Assembly: GCF_001481685.1 (NCBI RefSeq)
Contig: NZ_CP006867.1
Location: 390,001 to 422,000, forward strand
From: Ignicoccus islandicus DSM 13165
GTDB lineage: Archaea; Thermoproteota; Thermoprotei_A; Sulfolobales; Ignicoccaceae
Reading direction: 5' to 3'
DNA length: 32,000 bases
Shown here piece after piece: positions 8,674 to 17,726 of the stretch; the stretch's first letter is position 1, and every line of letters starts with the position of its first letter. The notes under the pieces were generated by a model, which was not told where the DNA came from, ran no database searches, and was given only the letters and a program-made list of their open reading frames with translations. Both the position numbers and the translations under genes were made by a program.

Positions 8674-10890
8674 CTACCTCCTCATTATCAAGTATCCTTC
8701 CATCCACATAGCGTCGAACCTACCTAGTAGGAAGCTCACTATGGCTTGCTTCGGAGTGTCCACTAAGGGTTCCCCACCTAAGTTGAAGCTGGTGTTCATT
8801 ACCACGTACTCACCTGTTTCGTCCCCGAAGGCCTTAATCAATTGATACCAATTCTTATCTATGGAAGGCGTTACAGTTTGCGGCCTAGCAGTCCTATCCA
8901 CGTGGCAAACTACCGGGAGCCTCTCGCATGCCTCTTCCTTGAACCTCTCCATTACTATCATGAAGGGCAAGTGTTCCCCGACTTCGAAATACTCCTTAGC
9001 CTTGTCCAAGAGCAGCGAAGGGGCTAGGGGCCTCCACCACTCCCTTCCCTTTAGCGCGTTGACCCTCTCCCAGTTCTCCCTAATTCTCGGATCCGCTACT
9101 ATGCTTCTGTGCCCCAAAGCCCTAGGCCCGAACTCCGGTCTCCCTTGGTAAACAGTAACTATCTCGTTTCTCAGCAAGTGATCGACTAGTTGAGTTATAT
9201 CCGCATTCTCAACCTTTAAGTTAAAGGTATCCTTAGCCCACCTGATGGCTTCGTCAACTTCATCGGAGAAGTCCGCTCCCCAGAAGACGTTCTCTATCCT
9301 CTCGTTCTTGACCTTCCCTCCCAATACGTGTTCGTACGCCCACAGGGCAGCTCCTATGGAAGTTCCAGCGTCGTTAGCTGCTGGGAAAACGAACATGTCG
9401 TTGAATATCTTAGCGTATAACACTTCCATGTTAGCCTTGGCGTTGAGCGCCGCTCCTCCAGCTATTACCGCTTCCTTAATTCCAGTCTGCCTAACTGCCC
9501 ACCTCATTAGAGTTAGGTAAGCCTCTTCGAACCTCCTCTGAATTACGTAAGCGAAGTTGGCTGCCTCCTCATTTAGCGGCTTGGCCTTCGGATCCCAATT
9601 GACTCTGTAGTTACTAAACAGAACGGGCACGTTAACTACCGGGTACTTAATTGCGTACGGAACCTCTGAGTCTTCATCATAGACTTCGAGTATATCCGTA
9701 GCTAGGTTCCAGTACTTGTCTGTTTTCTTACCGTAGGGAGCTAGGCCCATTACCTTACCGGGGCCTTCAAATATGTCGAAACCTAGGAGGTAACTCAAGG
9801 TCTCGTAGAAACCGCCCAAGGAGTAACTTATTGTTGGGAAATTATGAAGCAGTTCAAACTCGCCGTCCTTTACGTCCCAAACAGTAGTTGAAGCTATCTC
9901 GCCACTACCATCTACAGTTACTGCTAAGGCTCTCTTGAAACCTGAGGTATAATAAGCAGAGGCAGCGTGTGCTAGGTGATGGGGGACTGTAACTATCTTC
10001 TTAGGTTCCTTACCGAAGGCTATTTTCCAGACTTTCTCAACGAGTCTAATTAAGTCTTGATTATACGTCCTCGCAGATAGTAGGTGTAGTTTCCTAAGCG
10101 TTTTATATATTTTTACGTAACGGGACTTGGGATTGCAGAATATTTTATTGTTTAGAATCAATCTTGCCTTCTCATCAATGCTACTTGCGATCCCATTACA
10201 TGAATTTAAAACCATACCGGAAATATCTGATACTAGGTTTGGATCTATACCTAGTGCTTTTCCTATCATCCTTGCAAGGACTATTGGTGTTTTTGTACCA
10301 ATTCTTTTACCACCGATCTTACACAAACCTAATGCCAAGAGAAGTAAATAGAAATATTTCTTACCATAGAGATATGAATACAGAAAAGGATCTTGCGGTT
10401 CCGTAGGCAATTGCGACAACGTCTTAAGCCATTCTTCTTTCGGATCTATATTAACTTGACCGAGTCTTCGTTTAGTTACGTTCGCTAGCCTTAATACACC
10501 AAATATATGGTCATTGAAATAGTCGATTGACTTTTTAATAACATGACCGAAGAAGAGGTCGTAACTGAAGTAGCATTTACCTTTATATTTTTTCTGGAAA
10601 GTCTTCTCAAGAAATTTGTTATTGTAAAGGATATCATAATCAAATGGGATCGCTATTACGTCTGCTTCGGAGATGTCTATTGAGTACTTCTTTAATAAGT
10701 ATTGGCGGGCCTCAACTAGGGCAGGAACGAAGTACACGAACGGCGAATAGAGGTAAGTTCTGTTGTTGGAAACTACGTTGTGTTTAAGCCTACTTATCCT
10801 TTCTATTTCTTTAGAATAAATCAATCTTCCATCGTAAACTACCGCTATACTTGCATCATGAATATTGGGCACGAGACCAATGGAAATCAT
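8674..10890 (-). CDS. carbamoyltransferase, NodU/CmcH family
   Basis: 'NIHDASIAVVYDGRLIYSKEIERISRLKHN', 'VPHHLAHAASAYYTSGFKRALAVTVDGSGE', 'GGAALNAKANMEVL', 'YQGRPEFGPRALGHRSIVADPR', 'MNTSFNLGGEPLVDTP'. Confidence 0.95.
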   Translation of the reverse strand: MISIGLVPNIHDASIAVVYDGRLIYSKEIERISRLKHNVVSNNRTYLYSPFVYFVPALVEARQYLLKKYSIDISEADVIAIPFDYDILYNNKFLEKTFQKKYKGKCYFSYDLFFGHVIKKSIDYFNDHIFGVLRLANVTKRRLGQVNIDPKEEWLKTLSQLPTEPQDPFLYSYLYGKKYFYLLLLALGLCKIGGKRIGTKTPIVLARMIGKALGIDPNLVSDISGMVLNSCNGIASSIDEKARLILNNKIFCNPKSRYVKIYKTLRKLHLLSARTYNQDLIRLVEKVWKIAFGKEPKKIVTVPHHLAHAASAYYTSGFKRALAVTVDGSGEIASTTVWDVKDGEFELLHNFPTISYSLGGFYETLSYLLGFDIFEGPGKVMGLAPYGKKTDKYWNLATDILEVYDEDSEVPYAIKYPVVNVPVLFSNYRVNWDPKAKPLNEEAANFAYVIQRRFEEAYLTLMRWAVRQTGIKEAVIAGGAALNAKANMEVLYAKIFNDMFVFPAANDAGTSIGAALWAYEHVLGGKVKNERIENVFWGADFSDEVDEAIRWAKDTFNLKVENADITQLVDHLLRNEIVTVYQGRPEFGPRALGHRSIVADPRIRENWERVNALKGREWWRPLAPSLLLDKAKEYFEVGEHLPFMIVMERFKEEACERLPVVCHVDRTARPQTVTPSIDKNWYQLIKAFGDETGEYVVMNTSFNLGGEPLVDTPKQAIVSFLLGRFDAMWMEGYLIMRR

Positions 10891-11584
10891 TTTCCGTAAG
10901 CCCTTGCGTGGTTTGAGTTAAGAAGATTAGGAATCTTTCTAGTTGACAGATGTCAATGACATACGATTCCGCTGAATATTCGTATTTGAACTAAGACTCT
11001 AAAAAGGCTTAGGGTCGATCGATATCGTAAGCAAAAAATCAAGAGAATATCTATATGGTAATACTGAAGAAACTACAAGAGATTACAATGAAACGGGTCT
11101 TTGGTTCCTGAATTTACATGGTACCTTAATAAGGCAGCAACAAGGGAAGTGAGATTTAAGATTATGCGAAGACTGATAGACAGAATTAAGCAAGTTACTT
11201 CAAAATGCGATAAGTAAGAAATGATTGTAATGTTTAGGTTGGCAACTACAGCTACACTCTTCACAATTTCGTAAAAACAGCATTACACCAGGACCTGGAA
11301 GATATAATACAAAGGTAGGTTCAAAAAGTAAAAATCTCTCTCATCTAACTACTCAAAAATTTTAAGGTACTCAATAATTAAATGATGAAGGACAATTGTG
11401 AACCTAGTGCATGAACGATCCAATACTCCGTTAATGACGTTATATCTGTTCGTTAGTTAGAGACTACCAGTTCCAAAGAGCTAAGGTTGTCTCAACCATG
11501 GAAACGAGTAATGATATCTGTTCGGAAAAAGTAATATAGATTAAGACTAAAACTGCTAACAAGAACTACCGACTCCGTAACGAG

Positions 11585-13489
11585 GTGCAAAAAGTTTTGA
11601 AAGTAAGATCGTGGCCCTGGAATCCCATTCAAGTTGATTTAGAAGAAGGAAACTGGGAAAAATTGAAACTTGAGGCTAAGGGAATAATAGAAGCTGGAGT
11701 TAAACTCCATTACGAAAAAGAGACCTTTAGGGGATCCCCCCTAGAGAACAACCTACTGGTTCTCGGACTGGGACCCTTTGCGAGAGGTCCATTTTACGGT
11801 GCAAACAGAATGATTGCAGTCTTCCGGAGTCCAATGACATATGGGTTACACGTATCCGCTTGCGGCGGAGTAGGTTTCCAATTCTCTTACTCCGGTACTT
11901 CCTTAGTAGCGCTTAAAGGAAAATCCAAACCTTCCGTGGTTGTAATAGAAGGAGATTCGAATGGAGTCAAGGACGTAAAGATCGAGAATGTGGATCCGAA
12001 CTTCGTTTACAACTACTCGTCTGAATATAAGGGTATATTCTCATTATCGAAATACTTGTTCGATAAGTATGGAGAGGGGAGGGGTATAGTAGTTGGACCT
12101 TACGCCTTCAAGTCACCTACTGCTTCGCTAGTTAGCGTTTTCTTACCACACGGCGAAGTGAGTCCTTGGTCCGTTGATTTCTTTGGCAGAGGAGGTCCCG
12201 GAAGCGTAATGGCGCAAGTGCACGGAGTTCTGGCAATATACGCTACCGGAACTTTCCAACCTGATGAAATAGATCCTAACCTACCCGATGAAATTTCCAA
12301 AAAGGTATTCGGGAGAAACTACGTTCAAGTAGTTTTGGAAGCAACCAAAAAGTACAGATACGATCCTCAAATAGGTTCCGGTGGTACCTTTGGAGTCAAC
12401 TACGTTTACTACAAGGACTTGATTCCGATGTTCGCATATAATAGCATGTATTACCCGCAGCAAGTTAGGGTAATGTTATCGAATTGGGCCCTTAGGTACT
12501 TCTGGAAACCGTTTCAAGATGAAACGATACTTGGGAGGATTTGGGGAAGTTGCGGAGAACCTTGTCCGGCGGTTTGTAAGAAGGTTTGGAGAGGTACTAA
12601 AATCGATTACGAACCAGCTAATGCCATGGGAACTCTAATAGGTATATTCAACCTCGAACTCACGAGGGAATTAATAGAAGTCGTTGATTCTAACGGCATG
12701 GACGCAATAGAGATGGGCCACGAAATATCGTGGTTGTTTGACTTAATTAAGAACAAACTATTAGATTACGACGAACTGGACCTTGATGAAGAACCTAACT
12801 TGGATCCTTTGAACTTCGATCCGATCGAAGACAGTGAAAGGAACTTCAGAGTAGCTAAGAGGTTACTGGAATTATTCGTTAACGGGGGCAACGAAATAGT
12901 TGACCTAATAGCTACGAAGGGATTGAGAAAGGCAGCCAAAATACTGGACAAGAAGTTCGAATATAGAGTTTCGAATAAGGGAGCGAAGTTCGAGGACTTC
13001 GCTGTTTACGTGGCCTTCGGTGAAGAGGGCTATATGACGCCCAACCTCTATTGGGCTCCGGGGATGGTTGCACCCCTTTACGTTTTAGGTCGATATTGGA
13101 CCAATTACAAGCCTACGTTTATGGAACCGGAAGAGTTCGCCGTTAGTTCCTTCGAGAGAGCATTGAAGGAGTTACTGGTAGACAACGCTGGGATATGTAG
13201 ATTCCACAGGAAGTGGGCCGAAAAAATGTTAGGGGAGATGTACGAATTGGTTTTGGGTGAGGGAATTTCGACCGAGTATGCAAAGGAAATCTATAGGAAA
13301 GTAGCTGAATACAACGAAATGGCTAACGCCGAACCCGTTCCTTGGGAGAGTAGAAAGACGGTGGACGTAGTGGCTACGATGGCAAGACACGTTATGAACG
13401 AGAGATGGATCGAGGAGTTCGAGAAGGGCAACGCTCTCGAATGGTGGAAGAGATTCAAACAAAAAATAGACCAGATTCTATGGAGCTGA
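11585..13489 (+). CDS. gor: aldehyde:ferredoxin oxidoreductase family, GAPOR-like (glyceraldehyde-3-phosphate:ferredoxin oxidoreductase)
   Basis: 'LLVLGLGPFARGPFYGANRMIAVFRSPMTYGLHVSACGGVGFQFSYSGTSLVALKGKSKPSVVVIEGD' resembles GAPOR rather than AOR/FOR; CGEPCPAVCKK cluster-type cysteine motif. Confidence 0.8.
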   Translation: MQKVLKVRSWPWNPIQVDLEEGNWEKLKLEAKGIIEAGVKLHYEKETFRGSPLENNLLVLGLGPFARGPFYGANRMIAVFRSPMTYGLHVSACGGVGFQFSYSGTSLVALKGKSKPSVVVIEGDSNGVKDVKIENVDPNFVYNYSSEYKGIFSLSKYLFDKYGEGRGIVVGPYAFKSPTASLVSVFLPHGEVSPWSVDFFGRGGPGSVMAQVHGVLAIYATGTFQPDEIDPNLPDEISKKVFGRNYVQVVLEATKKYRYDPQIGSGGTFGVNYVYYKDLIPMFAYNSMYYPQQVRVMLSNWALRYFWKPFQDETILGRIWGSCGEPCPAVCKKVWRGTKIDYEPANAMGTLIGIFNLELTRELIEVVDSNGMDAIEMGHEISWLFDLIKNKLLDYDELDLDEEPNLDPLNFDPIEDSERNFRVAKRLLELFVNGGNEIVDLIATKGLRKAAKILDKKFEYRVSNKGAKFEDFAVYVAFGEEGYMTPNLYWAPGMVAPLYVLGRYWTNYKPTFMEPEEFAVSSFERALKELLVDNAGICRFHRKWAEKMLGEMYELVLGEGISTEYAKEIYRKVAEYNEMANAEPVPWESRKTVDVVATMARHVMNERWIEEFEKGNALEWWKRFKQKIDQILWS

Positions 13490-13714
13490 TTTCCGGCGCC
13501 TCCTCCTCCCCTTACCTCTCTCAACTAATTCCGATTGAAACTTCTCTTTGAGCTCCTTCAATTCCTTTATTGAAATCTTGCCTTCTAGGGCCTCTTCCCA
13601 AAGGTCCGTAACCAATAGCGTCGTCTTTATTTGTTTTATCTGAACCGATGAAGTCGCTTCCGATTCTACAGATTCCTCTTCACTGAACTCTTCCATGAAG
13701 TCCTCTTCGCTCAA
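13478..13714 (-). CDS. hypothetical small charged protein
   Basis: 78-aa ORF immediately downstream of and co-directional with the Roadblock gene: acidic N-terminus, basic RRRRRKSAP tail. TTG start. Confidence 0.55.
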   Translation of the reverse strand: MSEEDFMEEFSEEESVESEATSSVQIKQIKTTLLVTDLWEEALEGKISIKELKELKEKFQSELVERGKGRRRRRKSAP

Positions 13715-13764
13715 GTTCCATCCACTGGCCTTCGCTGGGTTATAGATTTTAAGGTTTGAGCATT

Positions 13765-14199
13765 TTAGGCCGCTAGAGCGGCTTGTAGCCTATCCTTCTG
13801 CCTCTTTATCTCGTACCTCACTCTTCCGAGTAGGGCATCTTTCTCCGTAATAATAACTACTATAGCGTCGCCTATGTCAGACAACAGCACCTTACCTTCT
13901 TGATACTCAACAGTGGTCAGTTCAGCATCGCCTAGATTGAATTCCTCACCGAACCTTTTTACGGCACCGTAAATCGTCACTAACATTGCTGCAATGCTCT
14001 CTACGTCTATTTCGCCTGTACTCACTACATAGTCTATAACGAAACCGTCTTTGGAAATTACCATTACTGACTTGATGCCTTCGACTTTTACCATATCATT
14101 GAGTACCTTCTTGAGAGGTGTGATGGTGCTCATTCCGCCTTCCCTACTGTGTGATTGAACATATGACCTTATTAAATGACGTAGTGTTGAAATGGTCAC
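13765..14199 (-). CDS. Roadblock/LC7 domain protein
   Basis: 'LKKVLNDMVKVEGIKSVMVISKDGFVIDYVVSTGEIDVESIAAMLVTIYGAVKRFGEEFNLGDAELTTVEYQEGKVLLSDIGDAIVVIITEKDALLGRVRYEIK'. Real start is probably the internal MSTITPLKK. Confidence 0.85.
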   Translation of the reverse strand: MTISTLRHLIRSYVQSHSREGGMSTITPLKKVLNDMVKVEGIKSVMVISKDGFVIDYVVSTGEIDVESIAAMLVTIYGAVKRFGEEFNLGDAELTTVEYQEGKVLLSDIGDAIVVIITEKDALLGRVRYEIKRQKDRLQAALAA

Positions 14200-14273
14200 A
14201 GCCGGTGGAGGCTCTTCATTATCGGATATCTGAGACGTGTAACCCGTTCATCCCTTCTTCAGGAGAAAATGTG

Positions 14274-14349
14274 TGGCGCCGGGGGGAGGACTCGAACCTC
14301 CGGCCACCGGGTTAACAGCCCGGCGCTCTACCAGCTGAGCTACCCCGGC
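14274..14349 (-). tRNA. tRNA-Asn (GTT), CCA encoded
   Basis: Reverse complement GCCGGGGTAGCTCAGCTGGTAGAGCGCCGGGCTGTTAACCCGGTGGCCGGAGGTTCGAGTCCTCCCCCCGGCGCCA; acceptor GCCGGGG/CCCCGGC, anticodon loop CTGTTAA. Confidence 0.97.
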
Positions 14350-14417
14350 ACCGTTAGTTGGTGGAGAAATCCGGTTAATAAACTTAATTTCTTTGTGCTT
14401 AATTTGGTTTTGATATT

Positions 14418-15626
14418 TTAAGCTTTATTGAATATGGTTTTCATAATGGTCAAAAATTTTCTCCTAATATAATATTCTATTGCATCACATGCAGTTAAGT
14501 CCTTATTTATTTTCAAACTCAGATCGTATGCGAACGGTATAGTCAGTAGTAGATCGTTCACTATTGCTGGACCTCTGTACTTAGGAAACGGGTCCTTCGG
14601 TTTCCAAATTAATGCAGATAAAATGCCTTCTAGGGCAGCTTCATATTCTATTATCTTGGAACGTATTTTCTCTCTAAAGCTATAATTACTTCTCAGCAAG
14701 AATAAGAGAGTTCTCATGAAAATTATACGAGAAGTTAAGTCAATTAATGATACCAATGCTCCGAGATTAACTAGGGCAGGAGGAACAACTAGCGACTTCT
14801 TCGAAAATACCAACTCGTTTTTGTTCAGACACTTTAGAATCTTATAGTGAGCCAGCTTACGCGTAAGTCCTCTGTAATGTTTCCCTATATAGACAGGTAC
14901 GTAAATAAGGACGTATCCTTTCTCATATATTTTAGCCCCTAGTACGTAATCGTCCCCATACATAAATGTATCAACGTTAAAAAATCCTACTTCGTCTATC
15001 ACTTCACCTCTATAAACTGAGAATGCGCCATCTAGGTAACCTACTATTTGGGGATAGAGGGCTACTGAGGGTACCCTTATAAATGATTGAAGAGGCCTAG
15101 GTGTACTGAAGAAACCTATAGACCAGTACAGAGGACCACTATCGAAAACTGACTCGCTTGGATTCAGAAGAAATCCTTGCACACCAGCTATCCTCTTATC
15201 AGACTCCAATACCTTTATCGTCTTCTTGAACGAACTCTTAGTTAGTATAACGTCGTTATTCACCAAGGCAACGTAATCGAAGGGGCCATATTTTTGATAA
15301 AGAGAATAGTAAGCAATGTTGTTAGCGCGAGCGAAACCCAAGTTCTTGCTTAGTTTTATGAGATGTATCCTCTTACCCATAGAAATTAATTCGTCTTCCT
15401 TACTCACAACAAATTCCTTTAACACTTCGAACGTAGCATCATTAGATCCGTTATCTACTAATGCGATCTCGTGACAGTCCCAAGACGAGCTTATCAAACT
15501 ATCCAATGCTTTTAAAAATCTCTCTTTATTATCTCCACATATATTCAGATATATCGAAATTGACAATAACTTTTTATCTCTCTTACAAGAAGTATTTCCT
15601 ATAGCAATGTACTTAGTCTTCTTCAA
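14418..15626 (-). CDS. GT2-family glycosyltransferase
   Basis: 'EIALVDNGSNDATFEVLKE', 'NLGFARANNIA', 'VALVNNDVILTKSSF', 'GAFSVYRGEVIDEVGFFNVDTFMYGDDYVLGAKIYEKGY'. Read on the minus strand (TTG start, reverse complement of ...gtacttagtcttcttcaa). Confidence 0.9.
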   Translation of the reverse strand: MKKTKYIAIGNTSCKRDKKLLSISIYLNICGDNKERFLKALDSLISSSWDCHEIALVDNGSNDATFEVLKEFVVSKEDELISMGKRIHLIKLSKNLGFARANNIAYYSLYQKYGPFDYVALVNNDVILTKSSFKKTIKVLESDKRIAGVQGFLLNPSESVFDSGPLYWSIGFFSTPRPLQSFIRVPSVALYPQIVGYLDGAFSVYRGEVIDEVGFFNVDTFMYGDDYVLGAKIYEKGYVLIYVPVYIGKHYRGLTRKLAHYKILKCLNKNELVFSKKSLVVPPALVNLGALVSLIDLTSRIIFMRTLLFLLRSNYSFREKIRSKIIEYEAALEGILSALIWKPKDPFPKYRGPAIVNDLLLTIPFAYDLSLKINKDLTACDAIEYYIRRKFLTIMKTIFNKA

Positions 15627-15954
15627 GAGCTCTTTTCACCTCTTTCAATACCTCCTCATACTCTTTTTGGAGATCCTCAGCTCGTGGTGGTAATTCCAAT
15701 CGAAAGATTGAGATTCCTAAAATGAGTAATATTAGCGAGATAGGTGTTCCGATTAGAAATACGAAGAGTCTCAATGCAATTAAATCTAGAGAGAAACATA
15801 CCATTGCTATTGCGTAAAGGAGCAGTATTGAATAGATAAGTATGGCTGTTGACGCTATCAATCTAATTATTTTTAAGTCATAGTCTCTTCGAGACATCTG
15901 ATACCCGAAGTAGAAATCGACATGCCATAAAATAGTATTTTTCATGAATACCAT
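15613..15954 (-). CDS. small two-TM membrane protein with C-terminal 'PPxxEDLxKEY' coiled segment
   Basis: Two hydrophobic stretches followed by 'RLELPPRAEDLQKEYEEVLKEVKRALEED'. 3' end overlaps the start of the downstream GT by 14 nt. The true start may be the internal MSRRDYDLK. Confidence 0.7.
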   Translation of the reverse strand: MVFMKNTILWHVDFYFGYQMSRRDYDLKIIRLIASTAILIYSILLLYAIAMVCFSLDLIALRLFVFLIGTPISLILLILGISIFRLELPPRAEDLQKEYEEVLKEVKRALEED

Positions 15955-15982
15955 GAAACATAATACCCCGAGAATTTATATA

Positions 15983-17383
15983 CTATTTACATCTCTCTAT
16001 TACGTTTTTAGGAATAGTTTTATCGTCGAGATACTTTATATAACTATCAATTGTACAAAGGTCTTCATATAGAAGCATAAATTTCAGCAACTGAAGATAC
16101 CTAGCTGGATCTACGCTTACCATTGGTTCTTTCGGTGTAAGAAGATGAGTTTTTCCAAGGAACTTACGATATCCTGAAAGATATACTGAGGAGATGAGTG
16201 CAGGAATACTTGTATTGAGTAGGATGTATCCATATATACGTTGAAACAGCTTTGTGATGTAAGTATAACTAATCTCTTGTCCGTTGATTTCATCACCTAT
16301 TGGTTGGATTTGTTCCGTTTGTAAAGAATAGTGTTTCAGTAATTTCTTTATTTTTGGAAGTATTGCAAGTGATATCCTAAATGGCAGATCGTAAGTAAGC
16401 TTAATGATATCTACAAGTAAAGACGTGATAACTAGATTTACTACTTCTAAAGAATTCAGATGACCCGTGACCCCTAAGACGAAAAAGTTCTTGAGCACCG
16501 TGAGGCTCTCGAAGTCTTTATTCTCCTTCTTATTTCTTGACTTCCTAAAGAAGCTACCTCCAGCTAAATGTTCACCTACGGGATATGGAATATAATATAG
16601 TTTATAGCCACACCTCCAGAGTCTAATTGGCAGTTCAACATCCTCCCCATATAAGAAGAAGACTGGGTTAAAGAAACCACACTTCTTAATAGCTTCAACA
16701 CTATAAACGGAGTAGCCACCAGTTACTAGTGTAGGAAAAACCAAATTCGAAATAGCAACTAGACGGGCGGGAGTTCCTCTAAAATGTGAAGATGGATTTA
16801 AGAGGTTTGGATTCTTAGTAACATCGAGCATTGGTGAGACCATCTGTTGAGCACTGTACCAGATACCAGTCTTATCCCAATAGAATATAAGTCCTTGTGA
16901 AGCAGCTACGTCACTATCCCTCAGTGGTATAGTAAGTATCCTTAGAGATTCAGGGTATATTTTCAGGTCGTCGTTGACCAAGGCAATATACTTAATATCT
17001 GGACGTATCTTCGTTATAGCTTCAAACGCAATGTTGTTAGCGCGAGCGAAACCCAAGTTCTTGCTTAGTTTTATGAGATGTATCCTCTTACCTATGGGTA
17101 TCTCAGTTTGGTCTATCCACTTCTTTACCTCTCTATACGTTTGTTCCGGTCCATTAATTACTAGAACTATTTCATGGGGTATATAGTCCGCTTTTATAAG
17201 TGAATTGAATGATTCCTTGTAGATTTGCTTGAATTCCTCACGTATCTTATAGTAGACCGTAATAGAGGCTACAGCTTCTTTACCTTGGGGAGTTTCCCCA
17301 TAAGCTTCATAAGCTAGTTCCATTGGAGTACATCCCTTCGCAGTTTCATAATAAATTAAGTTAAATCCGATATCCCTAATCAT
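15983..17383 (-). CDS. GT2-family glycosyltransferase
   Basis: 'HEIVLVINGPEQ', 'NLGFARANNIAFEAI', 'IALVNDDLKIYPESL', 'GGYSVYSVEAIKKCGFFNPVFFLYGEDVELPIRLWRCGYKLYYIPYPVGEH'. Confidence 0.9.
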   Translation of the reverse strand: MIRDIGFNLIYYETAKGCTPMELAYEAYGETPQGKEAVASITVYYKIREEFKQIYKESFNSLIKADYIPHEIVLVINGPEQTYREVKKWIDQTEIPIGKRIHLIKLSKNLGFARANNIAFEAITKIRPDIKYIALVNDDLKIYPESLRILTIPLRDSDVAASQGLIFYWDKTGIWYSAQQMVSPMLDVTKNPNLLNPSSHFRGTPARLVAISNLVFPTLVTGGYSVYSVEAIKKCGFFNPVFFLYGEDVELPIRLWRCGYKLYYIPYPVGEHLAGGSFFRKSRNKKENKDFESLTVLKNFFVLGVTGHLNSLEVVNLVITSLLVDIIKLTYDLPFRISLAILPKIKKLLKHYSLQTEQIQPIGDEINGQEISYTYITKLFQRIYGYILLNTSIPALISSVYLSGYRKFLGKTHLLTPKEPMVSVDPARYLQLLKFMLLYEDLCTIDSYIKYLDDKTIPKNVIERCK

Positions 17384-17408
17384 GAGTTCCGGGGCTTATA
17401 GAGTGACA

Positions 17409-17726
17409 ATGTCTGGAAAATTAATTGAAGGCAGAAAGACGGTTACGCAAAAAGTAGTTTCAATTATGTTTATTATCATAGGGATAATATTTCTCTACTT
17501 AACACTCGCTTGTTGGATGGGAGGAGCTATATTTGCTTGTAGAACTCTAGTAGGTCTGCTGGGACTTGGCGTTTCCTCGCTGTTCATAGTATACGCAATT
17601 TCTCTTTACTCGTACCGTCTACCGCCATCGCCAGAAGAACTCGAAAGGGAATATAGAGATGAATTGAAGAAGGTATCGGAAATGATTGAGGAGGAACTAA
17701 AGAAGAAGTTCATTAAAGAGGATTAA
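17409..17726 (+). CDS. small two-TM membrane protein, paralogue of 15613..15954
   Basis: ORF 17382..17726; likely start MSGKLIEG at 17409. 'YRLPPSPEELEREYRDELKKVSEMIEEELKKK' parallels the 113-aa protein. Confidence 0.7.
   Translation: MSGKLIEGRKTVTQKVVSIMFIIIGIIFLYLTLACWMGGAIFACRTLVGLLGLGVSSLFIVYAISLYSYRLPPSPEELEREYRDELKKVSEMIEEELKKKFIKED

Noticed and set aside
8842-10406. Plus-strand ORFs of 61-96 aa
   Set aside because: Antisense to the carbamoyltransferase; codon usage and composition do not support coding.
11073-11264. 63-aa minus-strand ORF in the intergenic gap
   Set aside because: Low-complexity composition and no plausible start signals; most likely chance.
14200-17726. Possibility that the glycosyltransferase cluster is a genomic island integrated at tRNA-Asn
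   Set aside because: No integrase, no duplicated tRNA 3' end (att) found downstream, and neighbouring housekeeping genes follow directly.
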